A stretch of DNA of 48,474 nt. Origin: Thermoplasmatota archaeon (GTDB lineage: Archaea; Thermoplasmatota; E2; DHVEG-1). This document shows positions 38,435 to 47,781 of this stretch, piece after piece. The position numbers and the translations under genes were made by a program. A model generated the notes under the pieces. That model saw only the letters and a list, made by a program, of their open reading frames with translations, did no database searches and had not been told where the DNA came from. Location of the stretch: the NCBI GenBank assembly GCA_022848765.1, contig JAJISJ010000002.1, positions 1-48,474 on the forward strand. Direction: 5' to 3'. Position 1 is the first letter of the stretch. Every line of letters starts with the position of its first letter.

Positions 38435-38442
38435 TTTAAATA
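38435..38442 (+). promoter_or_regulatory. Putative TATA box of the ribosomal protein operon
   Basis: TTTAAATA preceded by an A-rich BRE-like stretch, about 170 nt upstream of rpl3. AT-rich background limits specificity. Confidence 0.4.
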
Positions 38443-38475
38443 TGTTTTTTCTTATGCCTATCTTCCTTATCTATA

Positions 38476-38565
38476 CCAGACATAATTTGGGCAATTCATA
38501 AATGAAACCCATAAACCAACAGCATAAAAACAAATTATTGCTGTTTGTGAAATGTCACGGTTTGG
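38476..38565 (+). promoter_or_regulatory. Candidate structured 5' leader RNA (multi-stem junction) of the uL3 operon
   Basis: CCAGAC/GUUUGG closes three hairpins: UGGG..UUCA-UAAA-UGAA.CCCA, AACAGCA/UGCUGUU and GUGA-AAUG-UCAC. Pairings read by eye. Confidence 0.45.
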
Positions 38566-38613
38566 ATAAAAATTCAAAATAATTGATAAAATATTAATCA
38601 TAGAGGTTATATT

Positions 38614-39606
38614 ATGCCTGCACCACATCGTCCAAGAAAAGGTTCAATGGGTTTTTCACCACGTAAAAGAGCAAGAGCTGAAACTCCACATATTAAAAGT
38701 TGGCCTGAGGGCCAAGATACGCCGAAAATTCAAGGTTTTTTAGGATATAAAGTAGGTATGACACATACTTTTGTGATTGATTACAGACCAACTTCAACCA
38801 CCTCTGGAAGAGAAGTAATGATGCCTGTTTCAGTTGTTGAAACACCGCCAATAAAAATCTTAGCTGTAAGAGCTTACAAAAATTCATATTATGGTCTCCA
38901 GACAAGTAGTGAAATTTGGGTTGATAAAATTGATCAAGAATTATCAAAAAGGATAACAATAAACAAAAAGAAAGAGAAAAAAAATTGGGATGTTTTAAAA
39001 GATTCTGATGAAATTCGTGTAATTGTATATACTCAACCTAAGCTTATCACAGGTGTCCCAAAAAAAATTGCTGATATTAGAGAGATGAGAATTAGTGGTG
39101 GATCATTTGACGATCAGATGAAATATGCAAAAAGTATTTTGGGTAAGGAAATAAAAATAAATGATACTATAGCTGAAGGAGACATGCTAGATATTATTGC
39201 TGTTACTAAGGGAAAAGGATTTCAAGGTCATGTTAAAAGATGGGGCGTAAAATTATTATCTCATAAAAATTCTAAACATAGGAGGATGATAGGTACTGCT
39301 GGATCATGGCATCCTAATTGGGTACAAGCCACAGTTCCCCAAGCTGGTCAGATGGGGTATCATCAAAGGACTGAATATAATAAACGTGTTTTAAAAATTG
39401 GTGATAATGGTGAAGAGATAAATCCTACAGGTGGTTTTCCACATTACGGTCTTGTTAGAAATTCGTATATTCTTATACATGGTTCAATTCCAGGCCCAGT
39501 TAAACGTTTAATTGGGATGAGAGATGCAATTAGATATAAACGTGGTGTCAAGATTGAAAAACCTGAAATAAGTTATATTTCAACTACTAGTAAACAAGGA
39601 GTGTAA
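38614..39606 (+). CDS. rpl3: 50S ribosomal protein uL3
   Basis: PRKGSMGFSPRKRA, GYKVGMTH, TKGKGFQG.VKRWG, PQAGQMGYHQRTE. Confidence 0.98.
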   Translation: MPAPHRPRKGSMGFSPRKRARAETPHIKSWPEGQDTPKIQGFLGYKVGMTHTFVIDYRPTSTTSGREVMMPVSVVETPPIKILAVRAYKNSYYGLQTSSEIWVDKIDQELSKRITINKKKEKKNWDVLKDSDEIRVIVYTQPKLITGVPKKIADIREMRISGGSFDDQMKYAKSILGKEIKINDTIAEGDMLDIIAVTKGKGFQGHVKRWGVKLLSHKNSKHRRMIGTAGSWHPNWVQATVPQAGQMGYHQRTEYNKRVLKIGDNGEEINPTGGFPHYGLVRNSYILIHGSIPGPVKRLIGMRDAIRYKRGVKIEKPEISYISTTSKQGV

Positions 39607-39610
39607 ACTT

Positions 39611-40372
39611 ATGGCAAAAGTATCTTTATATGGATTGGATGGTAGTAAAAAAGAGGAAATCCAATTACCAGATATTTTTAAAACAGAGTATCGACCAGAT
39701 CTTATTCAAAAATCTTTTAATGTTTTACATTCAAATAAAAGACAACCATATGGATCCGATATCTTTGCTGGTACTAAACACGCAACAGCTTCAATAGGCA
39801 AAGGACGTGGCATGTCTAGAGTTCCAAGACTTACTCAAGGTAGAAGTGCAGCACTTGCACCATGTGTTGTTGGAGGGAGACGAGCTCATCCTCCAAAATC
39901 TGAGAAGAATTGGAATGAAAAGATTAATGTAAAGGAGAAATTATTTGCAAGGAATTCAGCTATTGCAGCAACTTTTAATAAAGAATTGGTTACTAAAAGA
40001 GGTCATAAATTTGATGATAAAATATCTCTACCTATTATTATTGATGATAAGTTTGAAAAAATTAAAAAAACCAAAGATGTAATTGATCTCTTTAAAAAAA
40101 TTGGTATTTATGACGACTTAATACGTTCATCTAATGGAAAACATATTCGTGCAGGTAAGGGAAAAAGAAGAGGTAGAAAATATAAAATTCCAAAATCTGT
40201 TCTTATTATTTCGGAAAATAAGAATATAATAAAAAGTTCAGACAATCTAATTGGAGTTGATATTGTAAATAGAAAAAATCTTAATATCGAACATCTAGCC
40301 CCAGGTGGAGTTGCAGGGAGACTTGCAATTTTTACGAAATCTGCTTTTGAAAAAATTGGGGGTATAAAATAA
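39611..40372 (+). CDS. rpl4: 50S ribosomal protein uL4
   Basis: RPDLI, GKGRGMSRVPR, GGRRAHPPK, IRAGKGKRRGR, LAPGG.AGRL. Confidence 0.97.
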   Translation: MAKVSLYGLDGSKKEEIQLPDIFKTEYRPDLIQKSFNVLHSNKRQPYGSDIFAGTKHATASIGKGRGMSRVPRLTQGRSAALAPCVVGGRRAHPPKSEKNWNEKINVKEKLFARNSAIAATFNKELVTKRGHKFDDKISLPIIIDDKFEKIKKTKDVIDLFKKIGIYDDLIRSSNGKHIRAGKGKRRGRKYKIPKSVLIISENKNIIKSSDNLIGVDIVNRKNLNIEHLAPGGVAGRLAIFTKSAFEKIGGIK

Positions 40373-40629
40373 TGGACCCTTATGATATTATTTTTCATCC
40401 ATATGTCACTGAAAAAACAATGAATCTTATGGAAAAGAATAATTCACTAGAATTCGTTGTAAGAAGAAAAGCAAATAAAAAACAAATAAAACAAGCTATT
40501 GAAAAAATGTTTGAAGCTAAGGTAAAAGAAATTAATACATTGATTACAAAAAATGGAAAACATGCTATAATTACTTTTACTCCAGATTTTAAAGCTGAAG
40601 ATATAGGAATGAGAATTGGGATATTCTAG
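40372..40629 (+). CDS. rpl23: 50S ribosomal protein uL23
   Basis: II..P.VTEK, NSLEF.V...ANK.QIK.AIE; operon position. Confidence 0.96.
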   Translation: MDPYDIIFHPYVTEKTMNLMEKNNSLEFVVRRKANKKQIKQAIEKMFEAKVKEINTLITKNGKHAIITFTPDFKAEDIGMRIGIF

Positions 40630-40639
40630 AGGTTAAAAT

Positions 40640-41347
40640 ATGGGAAAAAAATTGATTCAACAGCGTCGAGGAAGAACTAAAGGCAGATATAATGCGCCAA
40701 CTCATAGATTTAGAGGTAGAATAAAATATAATAAAAATAAAATTGAAGGAACTGGAATTGTTGAAGATATCATCCATGATCCAGGACGTACAGCACCTAT
40801 CACAAAAGTTAAAATAAATAATGAAAAAAGATTATTTTTAGCTGCAGAAGGTATTAAAATTGGAGATTCTGTAAAATACAATGAGAATAAATCTGAGATA
40901 AAAATTGGTAATGTTATATCACTTGAAAATATCGCTGAAGGTTTACCAATTTTCAATATTGAAATAACTCCAGGGGATGGAGGTAAACTTGTTCGTGCAA
41001 GTGGAGGTTATGCGACTGTCGTATCACATCAATCTGGAAAAACTGTAATAAAACTTCCTTCAGGTCAATTTAAAACATTACAATCAAAATGTAGAGCTAC
41101 AATTGGTGTTTTAGCAGGTGGTGGAAGAAAAGATAAACCTTTCCTAAAAGCTGGGAAAAAATTCCATGCATATAGAACAAGGGGTAAACAGTATCCTACT
41201 GTAAGAGGAGTAGCAATGAATGCTGTAGCTCATCCACATGGTGGTGGTGGTCATCAACATGTTGGAAAACCATATACTGTAAAACGTGGAGCATCACCCG
41301 GTAGAAAGGTTGGCAGTGTTGCAGCTTCAAGAACTGGGAGGAAGTAG
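40640..41347 (+). CDS. rpl2: 50S ribosomal protein uL2
   Basis: MGK.LIQQRRG, HDPGRTAP, GDGGKLVRASG, VRGVAMNAVAHPHGGG. Confidence 0.98.
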   Translation: MGKKLIQQRRGRTKGRYNAPTHRFRGRIKYNKNKIEGTGIVEDIIHDPGRTAPITKVKINNEKRLFLAAEGIKIGDSVKYNENKSEIKIGNVISLENIAEGLPIFNIEITPGDGGKLVRASGGYATVVSHQSGKTVIKLPSGQFKTLQSKCRATIGVLAGGGRKDKPFLKAGKKFHAYRTRGKQYPTVRGVAMNAVAHPHGGGGHQHVGKPYTVKRGASPGRKVGSVAASRTGRK

Positions 41348-41352
41348 ATAAT

Positions 41353-41811
41353 ATGGCAAAAAAGGCGAATTTTAAGAGTTCTGCGAGAAGTAGAAGAAAA
41401 CTAAAAAGACAGAAAATTGACGTTCGTAAAAAAGAATTCAGATATCGCGGTTTATCAATTGAAGAATTACAAAAACTTTCAATTGAAGAATTATTACCAT
41501 TATTAACATCAAGATCAAGAAGATCTCTAAAAAGAGGGTTAACAGAGAAACAGGAGAAATTATTAAATGATATTGAAAAATCTCAGAAAGGAGATGTTAT
41601 AAGAACCCATCTTAGAGATATGATAATAATACCAAGTTTTGTCGGCCATAGAGTAGATATTCACAATGGTAAGGAATTTCAACGAATTGAGATACAACCA
41701 TATATGATTGACCATTATCTTGGTGAATTTGCTCTAACTAGGTCAAAAGTAAAACATACTGGACCTGGTGTCGGAGCAACTAGATCATCTAAATTTATGC
41801 CTTTAAAGTGA
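41353..41811 (+). CDS. rps19: 30S ribosomal protein uS19
   Basis: FRYRG.S.EEL, RTHLRDMII.P, HYLGEFALTR, GVGATRSSKFMPLK. Confidence 0.97.
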   Translation: MAKKANFKSSARSRRKLKRQKIDVRKKEFRYRGLSIEELQKLSIEELLPLLTSRSRRSLKRGLTEKQEKLLNDIEKSQKGDVIRTHLRDMIIIPSFVGHRVDIHNGKEFQRIEIQPYMIDHYLGEFALTRSKVKHTGPGVGATRSSKFMPLK

Positions 41812-41817
41812 TGTAAA

Positions 41818-42264
41818 ATGCAAAAATATTCTATTAATATAGATCCAGATAAGACAGCAAAAGCATATGGATATGAACTTCATTGTTCTCCAAAAGATTC
41901 AATGAATTTAGCTTATGCAATAAAAGGAATGAAAACTACAGATGCGGATAAATATTTAAATGAAATAACTGAAATGAAAAAATCCCTTCCAGCAGTTTTT
42001 CATAAAGGGAAAATATCGCATCAAAAAGGTATTGGCCCAGGTAGTTATCCACAAAAAGCAGCAAAATATATGTTAAAAATTCTTAAAAATGCAGAAAATA
42101 ACGCTGAATATAAAGGATTCGATGTTGAAAATATGAAAATATCTCACATTTCAACATATGGAGGCAGAATTATAAGAGGAATCATGCCAAGAGCCCAGGG
42201 CAGAGCAACAAACAAAAATAAAAAAACCACAAATATTGAAATAATCCTTAAAGAGGTAGATTAA
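41818..42264 (+). CDS. rpl22: 50S ribosomal protein uL22
   Basis: G.YP.KAA, L.NAENNAEYKG, PRAQGRAT. Confidence 0.96.
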   Translation: MQKYSINIDPDKTAKAYGYELHCSPKDSMNLAYAIKGMKTTDADKYLNEITEMKKSLPAVFHKGKISHQKGIGPGSYPQKAAKYMLKILKNAENNAEYKGFDVENMKISHISTYGGRIIRGIMPRAQGRATNKNKKTTNIEIILKEVD

Positions 42265-43115
42265 TGGCAGGGGAACGTAAATTCATAAGAGAAAGCACAA
42301 ATAGAATTCTAATTAAAGAATTTCTAATAAAGAAAGTAGAAGGGGCTGGATTTGGTGGTATGAACATCCAAAGAACCCCTATGGGCACTAGAATAAATAT
42401 AATAGTAGAAAGACCCGGAATGGTTATTGGAAAAGGTGGCAGTAAAATTAAAGAAATTACTTCAGAAATTAAAGAAAAATTTAATGTTGATAATCCACAG
42501 ATAGAAATCCAGGAGGCAGGTAGTAAGGCTTCATTAAATGCTCAGATAATGGCAGAAAAATTAGCTGAAGCTTTGGAAAGAGGATGGCATTTTAGACGAG
42601 CAGGTCATTCAACTGTAAGAAGAATTATGAATTCTGGAGCTAGAGGTTGTCAAGTAGTAATTGCTGGAAAATTAACGGGTGCAAGACATCGAACCGAAAA
42701 ATTTACAGAAGGACATATCAAATACTGTGGAGAAGTAGCAAGAGAAGTAATGCTAAGAGGATTTGCAATTGCAAAATTAAAAGCTGGAGTATTAGGCGTG
42801 AAAGTGGGCATTATGAAACCTGATGCTAGACTACCTGATGAAATATCATTAAAAATTCCTGATGTCGAAAAAATTGAAGCAAAAATTGAGGAAAAGCCAG
42901 TAAAAAAACAAAAAACAACTAATATTAAAGAGCTTTTAAAAATACCTGGAATCGGGCCATCTATTGTTAAAAAATTTGAAAAATCTGGAATAAAATCATT
43001 GGAAGACTTATATGAAATGGATGCTAAGGATATATCTTCAATCGAGGGTATTGGAGGTAAAACCGCTGATAATATTATTAAAAAATTAGGAAAGCTGATT
43101 AAAGAGGATGTATAA
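42264..43115 (+). CDS. rps3: 30S ribosomal protein uS3 with C-terminal tandem HhH domain
   Basis: AGFGG..I.RTPMGT, KH motif PGMVIGKGG, LERGWHFRRAG, IAGKLTG.R; tail with IPGIGP...IEGIGGKTA. Confidence 0.96.
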   Translation: MAGERKFIRESTNRILIKEFLIKKVEGAGFGGMNIQRTPMGTRINIIVERPGMVIGKGGSKIKEITSEIKEKFNVDNPQIEIQEAGSKASLNAQIMAEKLAEALERGWHFRRAGHSTVRRIMNSGARGCQVVIAGKLTGARHRTEKFTEGHIKYCGEVAREVMLRGFAIAKLKAGVLGVKVGIMKPDARLPDEISLKIPDVEKIEAKIEEKPVKKQKTTNIKELLKIPGIGPSIVKKFEKSGIKSLEDLYEMDAKDISSIEGIGGKTADNIIKKLGKLIKEDV

Positions 43116-43116
43116 G

Positions 43117-43317
43117 ATGGTTTTAAAAGCCAAGGAAATTAGAGAATTTACTAAAGAAGAAAGATATGAAAAACTTGAGGAATTAAAAAGAGATCTCATG
43201 CATGAGAGAGGAGTAGCAGCTATGGGTGGATCGCCTCCATCTCCTGGTAAAATAAGGCAGTTGAGAACTTCTATTGCAAGAATGTTAACAATCATGCATG
43301 AAAAAGGAGAACAATAG
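43117..43317 (+). CDS. rpl29: 50S ribosomal protein uL29
   Basis: L.A.EIRE....ER..KL.EL, GG.P..PGKIR.LR..IAR.LT; start at ATG 43117 after GAGGA (ORF track: 43108). Confidence 0.95.
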   Translation: MVLKAKEIREFTKEERYEKLEELKRDLMHERGVAAMGGSPPSPGKIRQLRTSIARMLTIMHEKGEQ

Positions 43318-43617
43318 ATGAGTAATATTTGTCCTAAATGTGGTCTTCCAAAAGAACTTTGTGTCTGTGAAGAAATAGCAAAGGAACAGCAAAAAATTGA
43401 TATAAGTGTTGATAAAAGAAGATATGGAAAAATGATGACTATCGTTGAAGGAATAAATTCAAGTGATTTAGATATCGATGCTTTAATAACCAAGCTTAAG
43501 AAAAAATGTGCAAGTGGTGGAACAATAAAAGAAGGAAAAATAGAACTTCAGGGTGATCACAGAACAAAAGTAAAAGAAACTTTAGAAGAAATGGGCTTTA
43601 CAGTAGATGTTTTATAA
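43318..43617 (+). CDS. Translation initiation factor aIF1 (SUI1)
   Basis: [33 protein letters not shown]...IELQGDH. Confidence 0.95.
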   Translation: MSNICPKCGLPKELCVCEEIAKEQQKIDISVDKRRYGKMMTIVEGINSSDLDIDALITKLKKKCASGGTIKEGKIELQGDHRTKVKETLEEMGFTVDVL

Positions 43618-43658
43618 ATAGAATAATTACAAAATATAAAATTTAACAATGCAGAAAA

Positions 43659-43934
43659 GTGAAAGTCATGAATGAAAAAATATTTGCAAAAGAAGAATTC
43701 ATTGGATTACCTATTAATGTAAATCAATGTAATGATCCAAGTTGGATTGGAAAATCGGGGATTATTATTGATGAAACAAAAAATATGTTTATAATAAAGG
43801 TAAATAAAAAAAAAAATAAAAGTATTGAAAAAAGAATCTCTAAATTTGAATTTGAATATAATGGGAATAAAATAATTTTAAACGGATCTAAACTTGCATA
43901 TAGACCTGAAGATAGGATAAAAAAAACAAGGTGA
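43659..43934 (+). CDS. rnp1: Ribonuclease P protein subunit Rpp29/POP4
   Basis: EFIGL, G..G.IIDETKN.F, G..L..RPEDRIK; canonical position between aIF1 and uS17. Start GTG 43659 or ATG 43668. Confidence 0.9.
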   Translation: MKVMNEKIFAKEEFIGLPINVNQCNDPSWIGKSGIIIDETKNMFIIKVNKKKNKSIEKRISKFEFEYNGNKIILNGSKLAYRPEDRIKKTR

Positions 43935-43942
43935 AAAGATCA

Positions 43943-44278
43943 ATGTCAGAAAATAAAAAGGCTAGAAATATTGGATTAAATGTAAAACCTCCTGTTGAGA
44001 ATTGTAATGATAAAAATTGTCCATTTCATGGAAATTTATCTGTTAGAGGACAAATAATTACAGGAGTTGTATCTGCTACAAAAATGCAAAATTCAATCAA
44101 AGTAAAAAAAGAATATATGCATCTAGTTCCAAAATATGAGAGATATGAAAAAAGAACATCAGTATACACAGCACATTGTCCACCATGTATTGAATTAAAA
44201 ATTGGAGAAAAGGTAAATATTGCTGAATGTAGACCACTTAGTAAAACGAAATCATTTGTTGTAATAGAAAGATTGTAA
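43943..44278 (+). CDS. rps17: 30S ribosomal protein uS17
   Basis: [31 protein letters not shown]; ATG 43943 follows AGGTGA. Confidence 0.97.
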   Translation: MSENKKARNIGLNVKPPVENCNDKNCPFHGNLSVRGQIITGVVSATKMQNSIKVKKEYMHLVPKYERYEKRTSVYTAHCPPCIELKIGEKVNIAECRPLSKTKSFVVIERL

Positions 44279-44290
44279 GGAGATATTCAT

Positions 44291-44689
44291 ATGAAAGGAA
44301 TTGCTGGAAGAGCGATGAGAGGGTTACCTGCAGGAGCTAGATTAGATTGTATTGATAATACCGGTGCAAAAATTGTGGAAATAATAGCAACTCCAAAATT
44401 GAAAGGAACTAAACGACGTTACCCAAAAGCTGGTGTTGGAGATATGGTGATAATTAGTGTAAAGAAAGGAGCAGCTGATATGAGAAGGCAGTTATTAAGA
44501 GCGGTGATAGTTCGTCAAAGGAGACCTTTTAGAAGACCAGATGGTACAATGGTACAATTTGAAGATAATGCTGCAGTGATTGTTGCTGAAAATGGTGATA
44601 CTAAAGGATCTATGATAAAAGGTCCAGTAGCCCTAGAAGCTGCTGAACGTTGGCCTAGAATAGCTTCAACTGCATCAATAATTGTATGA
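44291..44689 (+). CDS. rpl14: 50S ribosomal protein uL14
   Basis: [24 protein letters not shown]...FEDNA.V, GPVA.EAAERWP. Confidence 0.98.
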   Translation: MKGIAGRAMRGLPAGARLDCIDNTGAKIVEIIATPKLKGTKRRYPKAGVGDMVIISVKKGAADMRRQLLRAVIVRQRRPFRRPDGTMVQFEDNAAVIVAENGDTKGSMIKGPVALEAAERWPRIASTASIIV

Positions 44690-44701
44690 GAGGATGAAAA
44701 A

Positions 44702-45421
44702 ATGAAATCTTTAAAATCCGGAAAACAGAGAAAAGCATATTTTAATGCACCTATGCATAAAGCAAGAAAGTGGATATCTTCTCATTTAGAAGAAAATTTA
44801 CTTTTAAAATATGATCAAAGACGAATAACGTTAGTAAAGGGAGATACTGTTAAAGTAATGAGAGGCAATTTCAAAGGTCACGATGGTAAAATAACACGTG
44901 TAAATCAAAGAAGAAGACAGGTTGAAGTTGAGGGGCTTGTTATGACAAAAGCTGATGGGAAAAAAATTCCGAAACCCATTCATGCAAGTAATTTGTTAAT
45001 AATTAAATTGAATTTAACTGATAAATGGAGAAGAAAAAAACTAGAAAAAAATCTATCAGATGAAGTAAAAAAAGAAGTTGAAACGGAAGCTAAAGAGCAA
45101 ATAATTGAAACCGAAAAGGAAAAAATAATCCAAGAAGAAAAAAAGAAGGAAGATAAGGAAATAGAAGAAGAAAAAGATGAAGTAAAAAAGACAGATGAAA
45201 CTAGTGAAAAACAAAAATTAACTGTAGGTTCTAATAAAGAAGGAAAAGATGAAGTAAAAAATAAGATTAAAAAAGAAATTGTAAAAAAATCTGATAATAA
45301 AAAATTGAAAGAATCAAAAAAGAAAAACTCTGTTGAAGTGAAGACAGTTAATACTAAAAGTCAGGTGAAAGATAAAAAAACTCAATCAAAATCAACAAAA
45401 AAAGAGGGGGAAAATAAATGA
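44702..45421 (+). CDS. rpl24: 50S ribosomal protein uL24 with long Lys/Glu-rich C-terminal extension
   Basis: KQRK..FNAP.H, KGDTVKVMRG.FKG, PIHASN...I.KL.L.D..R, followed by about 120 low-complexity charged residues. Confidence 0.95.
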   Translation: MKSLKSGKQRKAYFNAPMHKARKWISSHLEENLLLKYDQRRITLVKGDTVKVMRGNFKGHDGKITRVNQRRRQVEVEGLVMTKADGKKIPKPIHASNLLIIKLNLTDKWRRKKLEKNLSDEVKKEVETEAKEQIIETEKEKIIQEEKKKEDKEIEEEKDEVKKTDETSEKQKLTVGSNKEGKDEVKNKIKKEIVKKSDNKKLKESKKKNSVEVKTVNTKSQVKDKKTQSKSTKKEGENK

Positions 45422-46134
45422 GTAAACATCTTAAAAGATTGAACGCGCCAAGAGTGTTAAGATTGCATAGAAAAGAAAACAAATGGACAATAAAACCATC
45501 ACCAGGATCGCATCCGATAAATAAATCGATATCATTAGGCCTTATTATTCGAGATTATCTTAAATTATGCGATAGCTTAAAAGAAGCAAAACGATTAATT
45601 GTTAATGGAGAAATTCTTGTTGATAACTGTATACGAAAAAATTACAAATTTCCTTGCGGGTTTATGGATATAATATCTATTCCAAAAATGAAAAAATATT
45701 ATCGAATATCATTCGATAAATCTGGAAAATTAACACTATCTCCAATTGATTTTAAAGAATCAGAATGGAAGTTATGTAGAATAGAGGGGAAAACAATACT
45801 AAAGGGGAAAAAAACACAATTAAATCTACATGATGGTAAAAACAAAATAGTAAATAAAGATGAATATAAAAAAGGTGATGCATTAAAAATTCAACTTAAT
45901 GATAACAAAATTATAGATGTATACCCTCTTATAAAAGGCAACCTTTCAATGATAATTGGAGGTAGCCATATTGGTGAAATTGCAAGTATAGAGGATTTAA
46001 TAATCATTCCATCTTCAAAATCTAACATTGCTAAAATGAAAGGAAAAAATGAATTTTCAACTCATCAGGAATATATTTTTCCGATAGGTAAGAATAAAGC
46101 TGTAATATCGATCCCTGAGGTGAAAATTCTATGA
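45418..46134 (+). CDS. rps4e: 30S ribosomal protein eS4
   Basis: SKHLKRL.AP, PSPG.H, FP.GFMD.ISI, QLNLHDG.N, GG.H.G. Confidence 0.97.
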   Translation: MSKHLKRLNAPRVLRLHRKENKWTIKPSPGSHPINKSISLGLIIRDYLKLCDSLKEAKRLIVNGEILVDNCIRKNYKFPCGFMDIISIPKMKKYYRISFDKSGKLTLSPIDFKESEWKLCRIEGKTILKGKKTQLNLHDGKNKIVNKDEYKKGDALKIQLNDNKIIDVYPLIKGNLSMIIGGSHIGEIASIEDLIIIPSSKSNIAKMKGKNEFSTHQEYIFPIGKNKAVISIPEVKIL

Positions 46135-46667
46135 TTGCTGAAAATAAAAAAATTGAGGGTGGATTTTTAATAAGACCCAAAATCGAAAAGATTACAGTTA
46201 ACATCGGGGTTGGAGAGGCAGGAGAAAGATTAGAAAAAGCTCAAAGTGTAATTAAAGACATAACGGGCCATAAACCAGTTCAAACATTATCAAAGATAAC
46301 AAGTAAAGAGTGGAGCCTTAGAAAAAGAATGCCGATAGGATGCAAAGTCGCTTTAAGAAAAAAAGATGCTGAAAACTTTTTAATTGAAGCTCTTAAAACA
46401 AGAGAAAATAAAATTGCAAAATATGCATTTGATAATGAGGGAAATATTTCCTTTGGTATTCCTGATCATACTCTATTTAAAAGTCAAAAATATAATCCTA
46501 ATATTGGTATTTTTGGTATGGATGTTTCTATAACAATGGAAAAACTAGGTTACCGTATAAAACGTCGCCGTTTACTTCGTCGAAAAATTCCAAATAAACA
46601 TAAAGTCAAAAGAGAAGATACAATTATGTTTTTCAAAGAAAAGTATAAAGTTGAGGTCATAGAATGA
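46131..46667 (+). CDS. rpl5: 50S ribosomal protein uL5
   Basis: [43 protein letters not shown]. Confidence 0.97.
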   Translation: MIAENKKIEGGFLIRPKIEKITVNIGVGEAGERLEKAQSVIKDITGHKPVQTLSKITSKEWSLRKRMPIGCKVALRKKDAENFLIEALKTRENKIAKYAFDNEGNISFGIPDHTLFKSQKYNPNIGIFGMDVSITMEKLGYRIKRRRLLRRKIPNKHKVKREDTIMFFKEKYKVEVIE

Positions 46668-46819
46668 AGATAAAAGAGAGGCAAAAAATTTACGGTAAGG
46701 TCAAGGGATGTGAGAGATGTGGAAGAAAAAGAGGGCTTATCAGAGCATATGGGCTACATATGTGTCGTCAGTGTTTTCGTGAAAAAGCTGAAGATATGGG
46801 TTTTAGAAAATATTCATAG
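46664..46819 (+). CDS. rps14: 30S ribosomal protein uS14 (Zn-binding type; absent from the ORF track)
   Basis: Translated by hand: [51 protein letters not shown]. Has CxxC...CRQCFRE and overlaps the rpl5 stop. Confidence 0.95.
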   Translation: MKIKERQKIYGKVKGCERCGRKRGLIRAYGLHMCRQCFREKAEDMGFRKYS

Positions 46820-46834
46820 GAGGCGAAAAAAAAC

Positions 46835-47224
46835 ATGTTAAATGATCCATTGGCAAATGCATTATCTTTAATAAAAAATGCTGAAACTAAGGGTAAAGGA
46901 TTATGCCATATACAACCCTCCTCTAAAATAATTGGTGGTGTTTTAAATTTATTAAAAGAAAAAGGATACATTAGTGAATTTGAATTTAAAGAGGATGGAA
47001 AAGCAGGATATTTTCAGGTGAAACTAATAGGAAATATAAATAATTGTGGAGTAATAAAACCAAGATATCCAGTAAAAAGAGAAAATCTGGAAAAATGGGA
47101 ATCAAGATACCTCCCAGCTCGTGATTTTGGTTTATTAATATTAACTACAACAAAAGGTATTATTTCACATACCGAAGCAAAGGAGAAAGGTGTTGGTGGA
47201 AAAGTTTTGGCTTATATCTATTAA
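46835..47224 (+). CDS. rps8: 30S ribosomal protein uS8
   Basis: DPLANAL..IKNAE, GYI.EFE, G.INNCG.IKPR, TTTKGI.SH.EA...GVGG. Confidence 0.97.
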   Translation: MLNDPLANALSLIKNAETKGKGLCHIQPSSKIIGGVLNLLKEKGYISEFEFKEDGKAGYFQVKLIGNINNCGVIKPRYPVKRENLEKWESRYLPARDFGLLILTTTKGIISHTEAKEKGVGGKVLAYIY

Positions 47225-47237
47225 AGAGTGATGTTTT

Positions 47238-47780
47238 ATGGCAAGAATACCAGATATTAAAAAAGAGATTACAATTCCAGAAGGAATTAAAGCTACTATA
47301 ATAAACAATATATTAACTATTAATGGCGAAAAGGGTTCTCTATCTAGAGAATTTACTCATCCAAAAATTCAAATAAAAATTAAGGATAATATAATTGCAT
47401 TAATTTGTAAAAATCCTAGAAAAAAACAAAAAGCTTTGTTTGGAACTTTTATAGCACATATTAATAACATGATTAAAGGGACGACTAAGGAATTTGAGTA
47501 TAAAATGAAAACAGTTTTTTCCCATTTTCCAATAAAACTTTCTGTTGAAGGAAAGGATTTCATTATACAAAATTTTCTAGGTGAAAGAGCATCAAGAAAA
47601 GCATTAATACTTGAAGGTGTAAATGTTGATATTGAAGGAGATGACGTTACTGTCCACGGGATAGATATTGAAAAGGTTGGACAAACAGTAGCTAATATTG
47701 AAAGAGCAACTTTAGTTAGAAATAGAGACGTACGTGTTTTCCAAGATGGAGTATATCGAACTAGTAAAGGAGAAAAATAA
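47238..47780 (+). CDS. rpl6: 50S ribosomal protein uL6
   Basis: IPEG, GT..AHI.NMIKG, SHFPI, NFLGE, GQT.ANIE.AT, RD.RVFQDG.Y. Confidence 0.97.
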   Translation: MARIPDIKKEITIPEGIKATIINNILTINGEKGSLSREFTHPKIQIKIKDNIIALICKNPRKKQKALFGTFIAHINNMIKGTTKEFEYKMKTVFSHFPIKLSVEGKDFIIQNFLGERASRKALILEGVNVDIEGDDVTVHGIDIEKVGQTVANIERATLVRNRDVRVFQDGVYRTSKGEK

Positions 47781-47781
47781 A

